From the NCBI GenBank assembly GCA_013265495.1, contig MU058241.1:1427249-1491248 (forward strand): a DNA stretch of 64,000 bases. The letters run 5' to 3'. The stretch's first letter is position 1. Each line of letters begins with the position of its first letter. Shown one piece after another: positions 60,901 through 64,000 of the stretch. The notes under the pieces were generated by a model. The model saw nothing but the letters and a program-made list of their open reading frames with translations, had not been told where the DNA came from and did no database searches. The position numbers and the translations under genes are program-made. Source of the stretch: Vicugna vicugna. Lineage: Eukaryota.

Positions 60901-63029
60901 GTAGCATGGTCGGCTAAATGGATACAGACTCAATGCCCTCCTGGCCTTTCTTTTTATAAAGAAATTCAACAGAATCATGTTTTTCCAGGTACCTGTTCCG
61001 TAAGCGGTGTTTCAAAAGTCAATAGTGGAGATTTGGGGTGACTGTATCTGGAGACCAGTTAAATAGGAAAGCCAGTTCCACTGTAATTTTATCTGCAGAA
61101 GCAGCTGGAACAGAAACCAAAATTGCTGTCAAACACAGGAGATTGCTTTCGTGCAATTTCTCTGTTTTATGTTCAAAAAGCGTTTATTTTCAGAAACGCT
61201 GTCTGTCCTCTCCTTCCCGAGGGGTCAAATTCCCAACGTGCGCTTGAGTGTCTCTTTGCTTCAACGGCCTCAGAATGAAACTGCACAATGCCTTGCTTCT
61301 TCAAAGCACCCAGACCCCGCGCGGGTGTAATTCCTGGACAGACCAAGGCGTGTCTCTTAGAACAGACGATACCAAAGGGCCTTCACAGTTTCTCAGGGAG
61401 ATCTGGACGGCGCAGCGACATCACAGGTGTCTACCCAGACTGCTTCATCTTCTGTTCCCTTTCTTACAGATGCCCATAGGTAAGAAAACCACATTACAAG
61501 GGAGAGAGCCTTCAGCGGTGTGTTCTAGGATCACATGAGGCAGGAGGATCAAAACTCAGACAAAACACCACCACACAAAGAACTCCTGGCGTTTTAAGTG
61601 CACGGGTGTTCACTGGGCACCACTCAGATGTAGCGAATTGCAGAGCAAAGCTCCTATTCCGCTGTACGGATTTTCCCTACATCTCGTCCTTTCTCTGAAA
61701 CCATCTGACAAAACGCCTTCCAATTGCTACAAGAATCTCCCTGGGATGGTATTAGAGGTCACCCTCAGAACTTGTGTCTATACAAAGTCACCTCTGAAGC
61801 CCAGTGTTCTGCACCCATGTCTCTGCCCCGCTGACTGATGTTTCTGTTCGGCTTTTCACATATACCAGAGCCGGGGGGTGGAGAAAAGAACAAAAATGGA
61901 CAACGCTGGGCCACTCAATAAATGGGCAGAGACCAGTGAGTCACAGAGCATCTGGGCAGGCATCTCGAATGCGCTTGCAAAGGTCCCAGCTTCAATATTT
62001 ATCGAAGATGGCAAAGAGCAGCTACTAATTTGCTATGGCTAATAATCTAAAAACATAAGGTGAGCCTGTCATATAATTAAAGACAAGAGCATCTTTAGAT
62101 AATTATCTATGGGAGGGAGATTCTGCGGTGTTTTTGTTTTAAGCATTATCGATGCACCGCAATTACTCCTTCTGGGTCCTTGATTTCGTGCGCGTCTTGA
62201 AAGAAGCAAAGTCTATTTTTAGAGAGGGGCTCTTGCAAGCTATGGCGGAAGTGTAAAATGCATGCAAATCCGGCATTTCACCTTAATCACCTCGAGAGTC
62301 AGCAGCCACTTCCAAGGATCTGCTGATTAGCAAACGATCTCGAATAATTATTATTTCATCTACAATTACAATGACTCGGAGCCCTGGCTTCCAGCCCAGC
62401 GACTGCACTGCCTTCAACCCCTGGTCTGCAACTCTGGAATCAGGCCACATCCTGCAGCCCAAATGAGCAGTGACCCCACCTCTGTGTAAATACATCTCCA
62501 TCAACTCCTCTTTCGTTTATGAAACTGCAAGCCAGGATCTCTCGATGGATGACGGCAAGACAAGAAGGCGCGTGAAACCAGCACAAAGGGTCTGCGATGT
62601 GAAGAGAAAAATCACCTGTGTCCTCATTTGATTTCTACCCCTTCCCCTCACCAGAACATACCTTTTCTAAACCACCGCTGCGTGTGTTAGCTTTCCAAAT
62701 CCACACTGTCTGGCTGAAGTCAGAATCCTCAAAACACTCAAGGCAGTGTTTTGAAAAAATAATTTTGAAATAATTACCAGGTAAGATGCCAGTAGAAGAG
62801 TGCATATAATGAGCGTAATTCTTTGTTAGGTGAAGAAAAGACCAAAGGTCTATTCCACGCTCAGGAGGAACAAACTGACCCAACGTACTAGTGTAAACAA
62901 TGGGGCATGTGATTTAAGCACTGAGACACTAACATTAGCTAAATGTGGTAAAAGTGAAACCACTGTGGCCAGGGATGGGTAGCTTGTCATTTAAAAAAAA
63001 AAAATCCCTTTTAAAAATAAATGCTTAAT

Positions 63030-63225
63030 TTCTTCTGTATAACACAGGAAATGATATTCAGTATCGTATAATAACCTTTCATGAAAAAGAATATAAAAAC
63101 CAATAGGTGTGTGTGAAAAAGAATATGAAAACAACTATATGTGTGTATATGCATGACTGGGACACTGTGCTGTACACCAGAAACTGACACACTGTAACTG
63201 ACTGTACTTCAATTAAAAATTAATG
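63030..63225 (+). mobile_element. LINE-1 3' tail with an internal duplication of about 32 bp
   Basis: ctgtataacacaggaaatgatattcagtatc...gcatgactgggacactgtgctgtacaccagaaactgacac; gaaaaagaatat occurs twice. Confidence 0.82.
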
Positions 63226-63704
63226 CACAGAAATCAAAACAAATGTTTGTTCCAGCTGCAGTGCAGGACAAGAAAGGGCAGCACCCTAACTCCTGGTAGG
63301 TACATCATGGCATCTGTCGAAATAATTAAAGTGAGCCTGCAACCCACGTTGTGAATCAACTACACGTCAATAAAAAATTTAAAAACAAGCAAACAAAAAA
63401 GAATAATAAAAGTGAATGAAAGAATGTCTGCCTGTATGAAGGGCGACTGTGAAAACTGAGAAAAGATAAATAAAGGCAGTTCAATGAATTCCCTTCCAGA
63501 ATCCTCTGGGCAAAGAAGGAAGGGGTGTCTGCATTGGTTACATTTTTCAGCAAAAATTTAAAATTCTTCCACACACTTTCAGGGTCCTGTGTGGTACAAA
63601 TCCCCACTTCCATCCCCGCAATCCTATTCTCCTGACAAAGGGTGCTTAATACTGAGAAGGGGGTCTTGGATGCAGCCCCCAGGCTTACCACAGCTCCAGC
63701 AAAT

Positions 63705-63790
63705 ACCTTTTACATCATGAAAATCCATCTTCCCATTTGTAAAACACGCACAGTAAGCTTCACCTGCAGGGACTGGGGCATAAGGATTAA
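63705..63790. mobile_element. MIR core fragment
   Basis: catcttcccatttgtaaaacacgcacagtaagcttcacctgcaggg...taaggattaa. Confidence 0.45.
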
Positions 63791-64000
63791 CGACAGTTTT
63801 CTATCAAGTCCTTTAACACAGGTTTGCCGACCAAAAGTAGCTCCATCATTGAAGCCACCTGAATAAATTCCTCCTCAACTGGGTCAAGTGACGTTAGCAA
63901 TCCTGACAATATGTTATCTCTTCTTTGCGTGAATAACTGAACGGTTTGGTTACAGTGCACTTTTCTGCGAAGTCTTTGTGTTTTTTTTCCTTATCCGAAT

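Noticed and set aside
3202-62269. About nine octamer (ATGCAAAT) matches across the window
   Set aside because: Only modestly above a rough chance expectation of 3-4, some lie inside L1 or L2, and the motif is common in mammalian DNA.

Overview
Mammalian, repeat-rich, apparently non-coding DNA (intergenic or deep intronic). I recognise no protein-coding gene, and the ORF track looks like chance ORFs, LINE-1 ORF2 remnants and tandem-repeat frames. Two short tRNA-derived SINEs and the LINE-1 3' tails resemble camelid elements, so the source is probably alpaca/camel (inference). Most of the window is old repeats (L1M, L2, MIR, MLT2, MER3/20/58, Tigger2, a MER34/39-like LTR) with younger L1 3' ends. 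The unusual part is about 39.4-48.1 kb. It holds two CpG islands that appear to be AT-to-GC-rewritten old L1 sequence and a polar 44-bp minisatellite that seems to have been born inside that L1. It also holds an octamer/TATA/YY1 cassette and a hierarchical CpG-rich 30-bp tandem array carrying 8 canonical and 15 methylation-dependent-type AP-1 motifs. Elsewhere there is an internally deleted L1 (5' end fused to 3' end, with target-site duplication) at about 9.3 kb and a fold-back repeat at about 16.5 kb. Repeat family names come from remembered consensus sequences, not from a database search, and most boundaries are approximate.
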